Part shown: positions 25,805-37,700 of the stretch, one piece after another
Layout of the letters: every line of letters starts with the position of its first letter
Numbering within the stretch: the stretch's first letter is position 1
DNA from: Negaprion brevirostris
Taxonomy: Eukaryota
Assembly (NCBI GenBank): GCA_030324005.1
Contig: JARDVH010000130.1
Span: 12,792,503-12,856,436, forward strand
DNA length: 63,934 bases
Direction of reading: 5' to 3'
Program-made: the position numbers and the translations under genes
Notes under the pieces: model-generated
What the model was told of the DNA's origin: nothing
Database searches by the model: none
The model's input: the letters and a program-made list of their open reading frames with translations, nothing else

Positions 25805-26214
25805 ATGTGGAGGTGCCAGCGTTGGACTGGGGTAAACATAGTAAGAAGTCTGACAACACCAGGTTTAAGTCCAACCAATTTATTTGATAGTAAACTCACT
25901 AGCTTTCGAGGTTTCCCNNNNNNNNNNNNNNNNNNNNNNNNNNNNNNNNNNNNNNNNNNNNNNNNNNNNNNNNNNNNNNNNNNNNNNNNNNNNNNNNNNN
26001 NNNNNNNNNNNNNNNNNAAGACTTGAATAGCAGGTTAGGTGTAAAGATTCACATTCTAATCAGTAATCTGTAAACTGTCTGTGCTGTTATATGTTCTGTC
26101 TGAGGCTAGAACCCTTCATTCACCTGATGAAGGGGGAAACCTTGAAAGCTTCTGAGTTTACTATCAAATAAATCAGTTGGACTTAAACCTAGTGTTGTCA
26201 GACTTCTTACTGTG
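25805..26214. mobile_element. Fold-back Penelope-type element with hammerhead motifs and a 12-bp TSD
   Basis: TTCCTCCCACAG at 25793-25804 and 26215-26226; inverted arms ~25835-25917 and ~26134-26214. Confidence 0.8.
26118..26157 (+). ncRNA. Minimal type I hammerhead ribozyme motif (Penelope-associated type)
   Basis: ATTCAC-CTGATGA-A-GGGG-GAAA-CCTT-GAAA-GC-TT-CTGAGT: conserved CUGANGA and GAAA boxes, short stem II, palindromic AGCU stem III, stem I with one mismatch. Confidence 0.65.
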
Positions 26215-26352
26215 TTCCTCCCACAGTCCAAAGATGTGTGAGTTAAGTGGATTGGCCATGCTAAATTGCCCCTTAGTGTCAGGGGATTAACTAGGGTAAA
26301 TGCATGGGATTATGGGGATAGGACCTGGGTGGGGTTGTGGTCGGTGCAGACT

Positions 26353-26639
26353 GGATAGTCAGAAGCTTTTTCCCACAGTGGAAGAGTCAATTACTAGGGG
26401 GCATAGGATTAAGGTGCGAGGGGCAAGTTTTAAAAGAGATGTATGAGGCAGATTTTTTACACAGAGTGGTGGGTGCCTGGAACTTGTTGCTGGTAGTGAC
26501 TTTTAAGGGGCGTCTTGACAAGTACATGAATGAGATGGGAATAGAGGGATATAGTCCCCAAAGCATAGGGGGCTTTAGTTAAGTCAGGCAGCATGGTCAG
26601 TGCAGGCCAGTTCCTATGCTATAATTTTCTCTGTTTGTT
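26353..26639 (+). mobile_element. CR1 3' fragment nested in HE1
   Basis: Peptide ending FLHRVVGAWN...FKGRLDKYMNEMGIEGY; near-duplication cagact/cagtct at the junctions. Confidence 0.8.
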
Positions 26640-28052
26640 CAGTCTCGATGGGCCATATGGCCTCCTTCCGCACTGCAGGATTCTCTGATTCTATAATTTA
26701 ACACCTTGCTTAGCATAGATCGCAGAGAGACAGATCCCTTGAGGTCTACATCAAGACCCTCAACATATATTGTGGCAACAAACCGTAAGAGACCACAAGA
26801 ACTATAATTTTACTCTAGTGCAAACTAGTATAGTAAGATGTGAAAAATGAACACATCAGAGGATGGGGGTGCAGCCCTCTGTGCAGCTGGAGAGCTGGTG
26901 AGGTAACAGTGCCTCGATTGAGTGACTGTTCAATTCCAGAAGAACTTTCTGAACTCAACAATTAAAACCTATACAATGCTAAGCAAGCTTCTTGATATTT
27001 TTGACCTTTTCATTTTCAGTTTTTCCAATCTTCTTTGTATCACTTGTGCATTTGCAAGTAATANNNNNNNNNNNNNNNNNNNNNNNNNNNNNNNNNNNNN
27101 NNNATTGAATTCCTGAGAAAGCTTGCAATGAACGTTACTGCTAATTAAAAGAATTTTCAGTGCAATGTTATTGTTTTGTAAAAGGTTATCTGGCCCAAAC
27201 ACAAATATTAGTGTGCAATGGTAGACAGAATATTTTAAACAATTTCCTGATGCATATCTCTTCAATTGTTAAATAATTAATTTTCTTTCCAGTTCCTGTC
27301 ACTATTTTCATTTTGGACAGATGGCACTGAGTGATCAGAATGACTTGTCAAGATTAAAGAAAACCGATAAAATAGCATATTTGCAATAGGGTCAGAGAGT
27401 CAATTTCCAGCAAAAAATCTAAGTGAAAGTCAAAAATATTTGCATCTCTTCCAGTTGCATTCTGTGGACTAAAATCTATTGCCATGAACTTGTATTCAGA
27501 AAGAACTTGTGCAATATCTTGTAATTTAATCAATTTTACTAAAGTAGATAAGAAGCACAGGGATGTAATGAAGGTTTAACAGTCAATATATTATTGAGTT
27601 ATTAAAATTATCCACTAACCCTGAATTTATTCATTGTAAACTTCAAAAGGTCAAAAAATATTCAAACCCTGTTACTGCAGTTTAATTTACGAATGTACAA
27701 ATCAGAGGCAGTAGACCACTTGCCCCCTCAGCCATTTAATAAGGTCATAGCTATAGACTTTAACCCACAATTAACATTCGCACCACCCCCAATAACCTGT
27801 CACACCTTTGCTTATCAACAGTCTATCCTCAAGGACTCTGCTTCCACCACCTTTTGAGGATGAAAGTTACAAAGACCAAATACAAGACTACAATCCAAAA
27901 TACATTTTCTTCTCTTTCACATCATCAAATTCACATTGTCTGGGGCAGCGTGACTATCAAGAATGTCCAGTCTTTATATTTATTGCATTCAGTCTATACA
28001 TAGACAACATCAGTAGTATTTGTGGGAGTCAGAACATATTATGGGAAAGTGA

Positions 28053-28410
28053 TGGCCTACTGGTATTATCACAAGACTATTAACCTAGAAGTTCAGCTGA
28101 TGTTTGGGGGGACTTGGGTTCAAATCCCACCTCGGCAGATGGTGGAATTTGAATTCAATTAAAAAAATCTGGAATTAAGAATCCACTAATGACCATGAAA
28201 TCATGGTCAATTGATTGGAAAAAACCCATCAGGGTTCACTAATGTCCTTTTGGGAAGGAAATCTGCCAGGCCTGGCTTGGCCTGTATGTTACTCTACAGC
28301 CATAGCAATTTGGTTGACCCTCAAGTGACATCCAAGAGCAACTAGGAATGGGCAATAAATGCTGACACCCAGTGACACCTATGTCCCATGAATAAATAAA
28401 AATAAATATA
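28053..28410 (+). mobile_element. Family-B SINE, near full length
   Basis: gggttcaaatcccac B-box-like, ggttcactaatgtcctt core, tail gggcaataaatgctg...tcccatgaataaataaaa. Confidence 0.8.
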
Positions 28411-28726
28411 ATGTTGTTGATGTGTTTTGGGGTAGTTTTTGACCATCTTGTAGAAAGAGTGACTTTCAGGGTTAAAAATCAACTTTTTGAGGGATGTAAA
28501 ATTATCAGACCCCCAATTATTTCCTTCCCAAATCAGATGAGGTATATAATACCCATTACTACCCTCACTAAAGTTGAATTGCACATTCCTAATCATTTTA
28601 TAAGCCAACTGCATTTTTAAGAGACAATATAAAAAAGCTGCCGAAATCCTAAATGAGACAGACCTCCTGCAGTTGAACATCTGTAATACCAAAGCCACTA
28701 TTTTCAGTCATTCCTTTGCTGACTTA

Positions 28727-28841
28727 GGGTCTGCCTACTGCTGGATTTGTCCAGTCCCACGGAAAGTCAACAGAATTTTACCTGTGCAACCAAATTCCCC
28801 ACAGCCGATTCCATGACCACAGGTGCTGGAAAATCCCGGCC
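28727..28841. mobile_element. MITE with TTA duplication (Harbinger-like)
   Basis: tta|gggt...ggaaaatcccggcc|tta. Confidence 0.65.
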
Positions 28842-29005
28842 TTAGCCTCCCATCCCCAGACTTGATCAACTGGTATTCCATTCAATCTGACAGCTGAGTT
28901 CCAACTTTATGTGCCATCAATCACCAAGCCCGTTTTCTTCCATCATCTTCTCTAGTTCAGCTCCAATACATTAGAAACCACTTCCATCGCCTCTGAGCTC
29001 AATTA

Positions 29006-29258
29006 GGGTGGCACGATGGCACAGTGGTTAGCAGTTGCACCTCAGTGCCAGGGGCCTAGGTTCAACTGTGTGTGGAGTTTGCACATTCTCCCAGTGCCTG
29101 ACTGGGCTCAATTTTCCTCCCACAATCCAAAGATGGGGGGGTTAGTTTGATTGGCCATGTGCATGGTTATAGGGACAGGACCTGGTTAGGATTGTCGTCG
29201 GTGCAGGCTCAATATGCTGAATGGCCTCCTTCTGCATTGTAGGGATTCTATGATTCTA
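29006..29258 (+). mobile_element. HE1-type V-SINE (internally deleted)
   Basis: gggtggcacgatggcacagtggttagca head; aatggcctccttctgcattgtagggattctatgattct tail. Confidence 0.8.
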
Positions 29259-29364
29259 ATTCTTCTCAGTCCTTTAAAACGTGCTGGACAAGGAGGTCTT
29301 TTCCATCAGTCCACCATGAGAATCTGCGTTAATTCAGCACGTGGTGAGTCAAGAATTGGCATGC

Positions 29365-29517
29365 ATCATAATTATGCCGATGCTACAGTTAAGAAAGCCC
29401 ACTGACGCCTCTATTTTCTCAGGAGGCTAAGGAAATTCAGATGTCTGCTATGACTCTCACCAACTTTTACAGATGCACCATAGAAAGCATCCTTTCCATA
29501 CAGCTTGGTACGGCTCC
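29365..29517 (+). mobile_element. Rex1/Babar fragment running into a gap
   Basis: MSAMTLTNFYRCTIESIL, near identical to the 32706 ORF remnant. Confidence 0.8.
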
Positions 29518-29617
29518 NNNNNNNNNNNNNNNNNNNNNNNNNNNNNNNNNNNNNNNNNNNNNNNNNNNNNNNNNNNNNNNNNNNNNNNNNNNNNNNNNNN
29601 NNNNNNNNNNNNNNNNN

Positions 29618-30227
29618 TGGTTTTAATAGGAAAGGGAGATTCACTTAAATTCATTTCACTTCAAAGCTGACATTTTCAGGAGCACAACTACAACTGAGTG
29701 AGGACTTGCTGTTGACTAACAAATTAGTAGATAGTGAGTGGGGTGGTGATAACACAACTGGAGTAGGGGAGAGGCTGTAGTTAGGATTGTGATCTCAGGC
29801 AAGCACATCTTCAGACAGTGTCTGCACCTCAAAGAAATTCAGCTCAGAGTCATCAGGCCAGAGTCAACGGTGGAGATGTTTCATGATGAACGAGGGGGGG
29901 AAATGTTATTTGAACCGCAATTCCAGGATGCAGTCATACACAAGTTAATGCTGCCAATCTGGTTATTTGTCCATGATCAAGTCAGGAAGATAAGGGACCC
30001 CCAAGTTGCAGTGCTGGGGAAGGCTTTGTTTTTCCCTTGCGCTTGTCTAAGATCACAAGGCCAACTACAACCTCTCGCCTACTGTAGTTGTGTTGTCACC
30101 ACTCCACCCACTATCTACTGATTTGTTAGTCAACACTAAGTCCTCACTCAGTTGTAGATGTGCTCCTGAAAATGTCAGTTTTCAAGTGAAATGATTTTAA
30201 GTGAATTTCCCTTTCCTATTAAAATCA
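29618..30227. repeat. Element with ~190-bp inverted arms and ~230-bp spacer (probable non-autonomous DNA transposon)
   Basis: 29618-~29808 is the approximate reverse complement of ~30038-30227; left end lost in the gap. Confidence 0.8.
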
Positions 30228-30436
30228 GTATAAGAGCTGCAGTTTGGTTCTGTAGGACCTTCCTGATTAGAAAAAAAAACTTGTGTGCAGGTTGAAATAC
30301 TTCGCACTGCTACATTCCTATCTTAGTATTTGAAAACTTAAATTAAATGTTTTAGAAGAACCTCATTGGACACCTACACCCTTAACACTGCATACTACCT
30401 CTGTCTCCCAGGCAGGAGAAGAAGCTGTCACTCTAG

Positions 30437-33298
30437 GTGGTGTATAAAATGTGCAAGCGAGAGTGAAACAACACAGTCCCAAGGCCCGCCTCCCCAGCTT
30501 GCTCCTAGCAAATGTCCAATCTCTGTAAAACAAGCTAAATGAACTTAAAGCCAGACTCATTGTTCAAAGAGAACTGAGGGGCTGCTGTGTGCTCTGTTTC
30601 ACAAAGCATGGCTCACTCCTGTTTCACCAGACAGTGCCCTACAACCAAAGGACTCCTCAATCCACCAAATGGACCATACGGTGGCCTCAGTCAAGGCTAG
30701 AGGAGGTGGGGTCTACCTTCCAATCAATATCGAGGTGCCTAGGTGCTTCTGCTCCCCGGACCTAGAATACCTCATGCTAAACTGCCGCCTCTACTATCTT
30801 CTGCAGGGTTCCACCTCTGTTATCCTGACAGCAGTTATACCCCACCCCATGTGGATGTGAAGATCGCACTGGATGAAATATACACCACTACAAATATAGC
30901 CTCAAGACCAACCAACCCGAAGCCTTGTTCATCATGGTTGGGGACTTCAATCAGGCCAAGTTCAATAGCATCCTACCAAAATGCCTTCAACACATTGCCT
31001 GTTCTACCAGAGGCCCAAACATCCTAGACAAATATCAAACACGCCTACTGATTTATCGTCCACCCAACCTTTGGCAAATCAGGCCACAAGGCTGCACTCC
31101 TGCTCCCGGCTTACAGGCAAAAATGAAAACAGGAGAATCCGTTAAAGGAGGTTGTGCAATGTTGGTCTGAGAAATTGGATGTTCGCCTACAGAGCTGCTT
31201 AGAGTCAGTGGATTGGTCAGCATTTAAAAATTCTGTGACTAGCCAGAACAAGTATGCCACTACAGTAACTAACTTCATTATTAAGTGTGCAGGGTGGTGA
31301 ATCTCTGGAATTCTCTGCCCATTGACGTGGTGGAGGCTGCCTCGCTAAATATTTTTAAGACGTGGGTTGATGGGTTTTCGATAAGCGAAGAGATTAAGGG
31401 CTATGGGGAGAGGGCGGGAATGTGGAACTGAACCACGACAGATCAGCCATGATCTTATTGAATGGCGGGGCAGGCTCGAAGGGCTAGATGGCCTACTCCT
31501 GCTCCTATTTCTTATGTTCTTAGAAGTCTGTGTACCAAAGAAGCAAATCCATGTGTTTCCTGTTTGCTGAAGTTCAGGTTTGATATCTATACATGCAAGC
31601 CAGGTATGCTCTATGGGGATCCAAAGATGTCAAAAGATAGTATCAGACCAAGCTAGAGTCCCATGCTAGTTACACTACTGCTAAACTATGGCAAGGTCTG
31701 CAAGACATATCAGGCTACAAGTTGAAGGCATGTAAAATCACTGGCACCAATGCATCCCTCCCCAATGAGTTCAGCGCATCCTAAGACAGTTTTGAGCAAG
31801 AGGTCAGAGAGAGCATGCTCTCCACCCTGGAAGCCTCGGATGAACCTGCATCCAAGGTCACCATTGCAGATGTCAGAGCAGCCTTCACCAAAACTCAATC
31901 CACAGAAAGTGACAGTCCGGATGGGGTGCCCAGATGAGCGCACAGATCCTACATGGACCAGCTGGCAGGGGTATTCACAGACATCTTCTACCCGTTTACA
32001 CCAATCTGAGGTCCCTAACTGCTTCAAGAGGATGATCATCATCCCCGGTTCCAAAGAGAAGCTAGGCAGCAGGCCTTAAATGAATATCATCCAGTGTCTC
32101 TGATATCCATCATTATGAAGTGCTTCAAAAGGTCAGGCATATCACAAATCAATTCTGGCCTCCCAGATTGCCTGGATCCACTGCAGTTCACCTACCGCCA
32201 CAGGTCCACAGCAGATGACATCTCCCTGGCCCTGCACTCAACCCTGGAATACCAAGATAACAAAGACAACCACATCTGACTTCTAGTGTCAACACAATTA
32301 TTCCTACGAAACTCATTTCTAAATGCCATGTCCTGGGGCTTGGCTCTTTCCTCTGCGATTGGATCCTAAACTTCCTAACCCACAGACTGCCATCTCATCA
32401 GCCCCTTACTATGCTCTTTATACAACTATGATTGTGTAGCTAAATTCCCCTCCAATTCAACTTTCAAGTTTGCTGATGACACTGGTTTGCTGGCGAGTCG
32501 GATCTCAAACAATGACAAGACAGAGTACAGGAATGAGATAGGGAATCGGGTGAACCGATGCAATGACAATAATCTCAAGGTCAACAAAATAATGGAGATA
32601 GTTTTCAACATCAGTAAGTGTTATGGAGCACATGCCCATGTCTACATCAATGGGAAATAGAAACGGTTGAGAGCTTCAAGATTTTAGGTGTCCTGATCCT
32701 CCCATGTGGACACTCTAGTTAAGAAAGCCCACCAACCCCTCTACTTTCTCAGTAGACTAAGGAAATTTGGCATGTCCGCTATGACGCTCACTAACTTTTA
32801 CAGATGCACCATAGAAAGCATTCTGCCTGATTGCATCACAGCTTGGTATGGCTCCTGCTCTGTCCAAGACAGCAAGAAACTACAGTGGGTCATAAACAAA
32901 GCCCAGTCGATTACACAAACCAGCCTCCCATCCATTGACTCTGTCTACACTTCCCACTGCCTTGTAAAAGCAGCCAGCATAAATAAAGATCCCACGCACC
33001 CTGGACATGCACTCTTCCACCTTTCTGCATTGGGAAAAAGATACAAAAGTCTGAGGACACATACCAACCGACTCAAGAAAAGCTTCTTTCCTGCTGTTGT
33101 CGGACTACCTTATATTATTGAACTTTCTTTACACCCTACTTATGATTGTAACACTACATTCTGCACTCTCTCCTTTCCCTCACCTCAACCCCCTCCCCGA
33201 TGTACTCTATGAATGAATTGATTTGTCTGTATAGCACGCGAGAAACAATACTTTTCACTGTATCTTAATATATGTGACAATAATAAATCAAATCCAAA
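30437..33298 (+). mobile_element. Near full-length decayed Rex1/Babar LINE (APE + RT) with a nested CR1 tail (~31288-31520)
   Basis: LPSLLLANVQSL*NKLNEL; FIMVGDFNQA...STRGPNILD; LDPLQF; FKFADDT; VKKAHQPLYFLSRLRKFG; tail gtgacaataataaatcaaatc. Many stops and frameshifts. Confidence 0.85.
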
Positions 33299-33960
33299 AA
33301 CAGAAAAAGGAATTTGCAATTGTAACCTATTCATTCTTCAGAATTGTTTGACATACACTCCTTTGACCAATAGAGCTCAGCTCAACATGGTGGGTGGTGA
33401 ACATCTGGCTGGAAATGCATGTGCACTTTCTGTCCACCACATCATAGGCTTAAGGAACGATTTAGCGCCCAAAAGACAGGACATTATCAAATTTCTAGGC
33501 CAATGCTTTATGCAGGTAAAACATTTCAGCATCAATGTATTAATGTATGCAATGTTCAGGTCAATACTTCCACCATTAATATTTCCTAACTTTAGATGGG
33601 TGTCATTAACAATTCTTTCATGATATATTAAAGAGCATTTATTTTTCAGTTTCTCTTCAGTCTTTCTATAAATAGTGATGTGTGAAACTTTGTTAAAATA
33701 GGTAGGATTTATGTGAAAGTAACAGTTCCTCATACCTTTTCCCTTTTTCTTTCCTGCCTTGCATGACGTATTATCCCATGGCTGTGAGAACAGAAATGAG
33801 CAAAAACTTGTCACTGAGACGCAGGAGGGACAATTCCCTCCCCTCAGCACTTCCTCCCATTATCATGGGAGCCAGACTTTTAAAAGACAATCACAAACTA
33901 CAGAGCTGCCCTAATAGAGTTCACAACAGCAAGCTTAAAATTGTGATTGCCAAGTATATA

Positions 33961-34035
33961 TACATATCTGTACAAACACACACATATCTGTACAAACACA
34001 CACATATCTGTACAAACACAAACACACACACACAT
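33961..34035. repeat. 20-bp tandem repeat x3 merging into (CA)n
   Basis: (c/t)acatatctgtacaaacaca repeated at 33961, 33981 and 34001. Confidence 0.9.
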
Positions 34036-34081
34036 ACTTATACAGTCTTAAATGCAATTAGATTGCACATTGAAAAGCTTG

Positions 34082-34745
34082 TCCATCATTTACAAGGCAC
34101 AAGTCGGGAATGTGATGGAGTACAAGGTACATAAATTCCTTATGTACCTTGGGTGGCATGGTGACACAGTGGTTAGCATTGCTGCTTCACAGTGCAAGAA
34201 GCCAGATTGATTCCCAGCTCACTCTCTGTGCGGAGTCTGCACATTCTTTCCGTGTCTGCAAGGGTTTCCTCTGGGTGCTCCAGTTTCCCCTTTCAGTCCA
34301 AAAGACGTGCTGATTAGGTGGACTGGCCATGTGAAATTCTCCCTCAATGTACCCAAACAGATGCCAGAGTATGGTGACCAGGAGATTTTCACAGCAACTT
34401 TATTGTAAGCCTTCTTGTGACACTAATAAATAAACTTGAACTTAAAATTAGTACCTTCTAAACCTATGGCCATTGTCATCACTGTCCAGAAGGACAATGA
34501 CAGCAGATACCTGGGAACACCACCAGCTGCACGTTCCTCTCCAAGCTACTCACCATCCTGACTTGGAAATATATTGGCTGTTCCTTCTCTGTCATGGGGT
34601 CGAAATCCTGGAATTTGGTCCCTAATAGTACTATGGGTGTACCTACATCACAGGGACTGTGGTGGTTCAAGAAGGCAGTTCCCCACCACCATCACAAGGG
34701 CAACTAGAAATGGACAAGAAAATGCACACATCCCATAAACAAATT
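34082..34745 (+). mobile_element. CR1-clade LINE 3' fragment with a nested alternative-tail V-SINE (34151-34450)
   Basis: SINE flanked by GTACCTT at 34144-34150 and 34451-34457; host is homologous to 1870-2470 in reverse. Confidence 0.8.
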
Positions 34746-34955
34746 TTTGTTTCCTCGTCTTTATGCTTTCTGCTTTTCCCCTTACTCTGCCTCCTATAGC
34801 TCATTCATGATGTTAAGTCAAAGCTCACAACATGAGGAGGAGCAAGCATGACACAGTAGTATGAAAATCCTGAGTGCCAGTGGTATTTTTTGCTTTCTTG
34901 CTTATATCTTAGCTGTCCCCCAGTTTCACATTAACATGAGGGTCACGAAATTGAA

Positions 34956-35379
34956 GCCAGAATTCCCTGTCCGGCAACGCACTCCTGCCCATGTGTTTCC
35001 CACCGGCAATGAGGTGACATCAGTGGGAATTACATTGACAGCGATGGGGCCAGAGAATCCTGCCACTAGCAAGTAACATACCACCTCCTGCCAATGGGTA
35101 ACATGCTGCGGGAAGGCCAGAGGATTCTGGTTAGTGAGTTTTGTCCTGACCTTCTCCTGCTATTGGATTTGGGATGTTTGATTATCCGAAATGTAAAAGT
35201 GCCCGGCAAAAATTTTCTTATTAATGTTTTCTATTGTAACGTAGGGCTGGATTCTTTGACCTTGCCCGTAGCTGGGATTCTCCAGGCCTATTGCAGTAGA
35301 CAGAGGTTTAGTGGAGCGTCATATTCTCCATTCTCACTGGCAGTGGTGGTGGGATGTACGAGACTGGAGAATCCTGGCC
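34956..35379. mobile_element. Two adjacent MITEs (34956-35132 and 35244-35379)
   Basis: gccagaattcc...ggattctgg and gggctggattct...ggagaatcctggcc termini. Confidence 0.65.
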
Positions 35380-36237
35380 GTGATGTGCAGAAAAAGATAT
35401 CGCCTGACCACGTGCACAAGGCTTTGCTCAGATATAAAGGATTAACGGCAATTTTGAGTTTTCTGTACTACTGCTCCATCCCATGCCAAAATCAGAACAG
35501 CTTTGCTAAGCACTTTATCTCAGAAGATTGTTCCCTTGCAGATAAATATGCAAATACATATTATTTGATCCCTAATATCTAGGCTTTTTATGTTTTTTTT
35601 GTTTTTCTCCTGACTCTTAAGGCAATGCTTAATAGCTGAACAATTCATAAGCATGTTTAAGATGGAGTCATGAAAGCGACCATATCTTTTTAAAGTTAGC
35701 TTCCAAGTAAATTCTTTACTTTCAACCATGGTCACGAATTTCAATAATCTATTTTAAGAGCTTAGCACACTAAATTAACAAAATTATGCTACAGTATTTG
35801 AGTGTGTAAAAAGATTGGCCATGGCTATATCACCTTGCTGTTTACAGCTGCCTTTAATCATATAACAGTATCATTAATTTCCCACAAAAAACATGCTCCT
35901 CCGGACCACCAAGGCCTCAAGAGGGACCTAAACCTGCAACTCCGTTTGGCACTTGGCACAGCAAAACTGAATGGCAAATGTTGACATAACAAGTCATATG
36001 TCAAATTTCTGACTAAAAAATATTCAGGAAGAACAGAAAGTAAGATTTCCTTGTAATGATGCTATGTTATGTAATGATGCTATGTTTGGAAATGCTCTCC
36101 CATCACCAGTACGGATTTGAAGATTGGGAAAAGCTGTCATTGTTATTTTCAAGTTGGAGGGTATGAATGAAGTCACCAGTATTTGCATTATCTGAAAAAG
36201 CTTACTAGTTATTGGTGGGGCTTTCTGGTCGTCGAAA

Positions 36238-36338
36238 TCAAAAGAAAAGATGCTAGAAAATCTCAGTAAGTCTGGCAGCATCCGTAAGGAGAGAAAAGAG
36301 CTGACGTTTTGAGTCCAGATGACCCTTTGTCAAAGCTT
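36238..36338 (-). mobile_element. Penelope-like terminal repeat with hammerhead-like motif
   Basis: Minus strand: agctttgacaaagggtcatctggactcaaaacgtcagctcttttctctccttacggatgctgccagac. Confidence 0.6.
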
Positions 36339-37091
36339 TGTGGTAGATACCTTTCTGGTGAAACCAAAGCTATTTCTTGCATTAAGTAAGTAACTAATAA
36401 TAATTGGAGGGGGTGAAGCAAAAAGGAACAGAGCTGGGTTAAAACTGGGAGAAGCAGTTCCCTGTAAGTTATTGTAATGGATACAGTTTATCATTTGTAA
36501 TTATGTTATCTGTTTGGTGTGAGATGGACCTGCAGTTATCTTACTACATCGCAACAGAAAAATCGTAGAATGATTTATCTGAAATTTAAGTGCCTTTGGC
36601 ATAGACATAGACCGATGATATGATTAATGATCGAATTAATAAACAATAATAAGCTCTCAAATTGAAAGCATTTAATCATCGCAAAGCCCAACATAAAACA
36701 AATTGGGAAAATAAAATGATAATGCAAGATTGTCAATCATGTTTGGATCTCTAATACTTTAACATTGCTAGTCAATTTCTTATTTCAATTGAGATATAAA
36801 TCACACGTCACAAAATTGCTGTTTGAATACAAGCTTACAATAAGAACAGTCATCAATTTGCATTGCAATTTAACACATCAAGCAATTAAGTGGCACTTGC
36901 TGCAATAAACTTTACTGCATCAGCCAATGCTGTTGCAATGGATTTATTACAGTGTTCAATACAATGGTGTAACTGCACCGTAAAACAGTTTATCATAGCA
37001 GCCATGACAAATGGTATTGCTGCAAAACAATTCATTACAAAATGATGGCGATTCTGATATCGGGACAGATTTCTTAGACCAGGTTATTTAA

Positions 37092-37700
37092 GAAAATAAA
37101 AGCAAAATGCTGCAGATGCCAGAGATATGAAACAAAAACAGAAAGTGCTGGTAATACTCAACAAATCAGGAAGCATCAGTGGAGAGAGAAACAGAGTTCA
37201 CAAATTGAGTCCAAGATGACTTCTTTGGAAGTGACGAGTGGTAGAGATATGGGNNNNNNNNNNNNNNNNNNNNNNNNNNNNNNNNNNNNNNNNNNNNNNN
37301 NNNNNNNNNNNNNNNNNNNNNNNNNNNNNNNNNNNNNNNNNNNNNNNNNNNNNGGGGGGGTGGTGGAATTCTCCCATCCTGGCTGTCACAGGAATCATAG
37401 CAGGCGGTGGTGAGGTGGGTGGGGATGGGGCGGGGGGGCGGGGGCAGACCATGCAAAGATCCATTGATCTCGGATGGGTTTGTCCAGTTTTGGGGCGAAC
37501 ATGGCCGGAGAATCCCACCCATGACCTCCCCTTTTGCTCCACCTAACACTCTCCCTTTTCTCAACAGAGGGAACCCATCACATCATTATCTCATTTCAGT
37601 CCTGAAGCAGTCATATTGAATTTGAAATGTTAATTCTTGTTTCTCATTTAACAGATGTTGCCAGATCTGGTGAATTTTTCCAGTACTTCCCACTCTTACT
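37092..37700. mobile_element. Inverted pair of Penelope-like repeats with a MITE (~37361-37520) in the middle
   Basis: Minus arm 37092-37230 and plus arm ~37595-37700; MITE termini ggtggaattctcc / ggagaatcccaccc. Confidence 0.6.

Larger units (their letters stand above)
25661..26693 (+). mobile_element. HE1-type V-SINE carrying two nested insertions
   Basis: Collinear SINE pieces at 25661-25804, 26215-26352 and 26640-26693. Confidence 0.85.
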
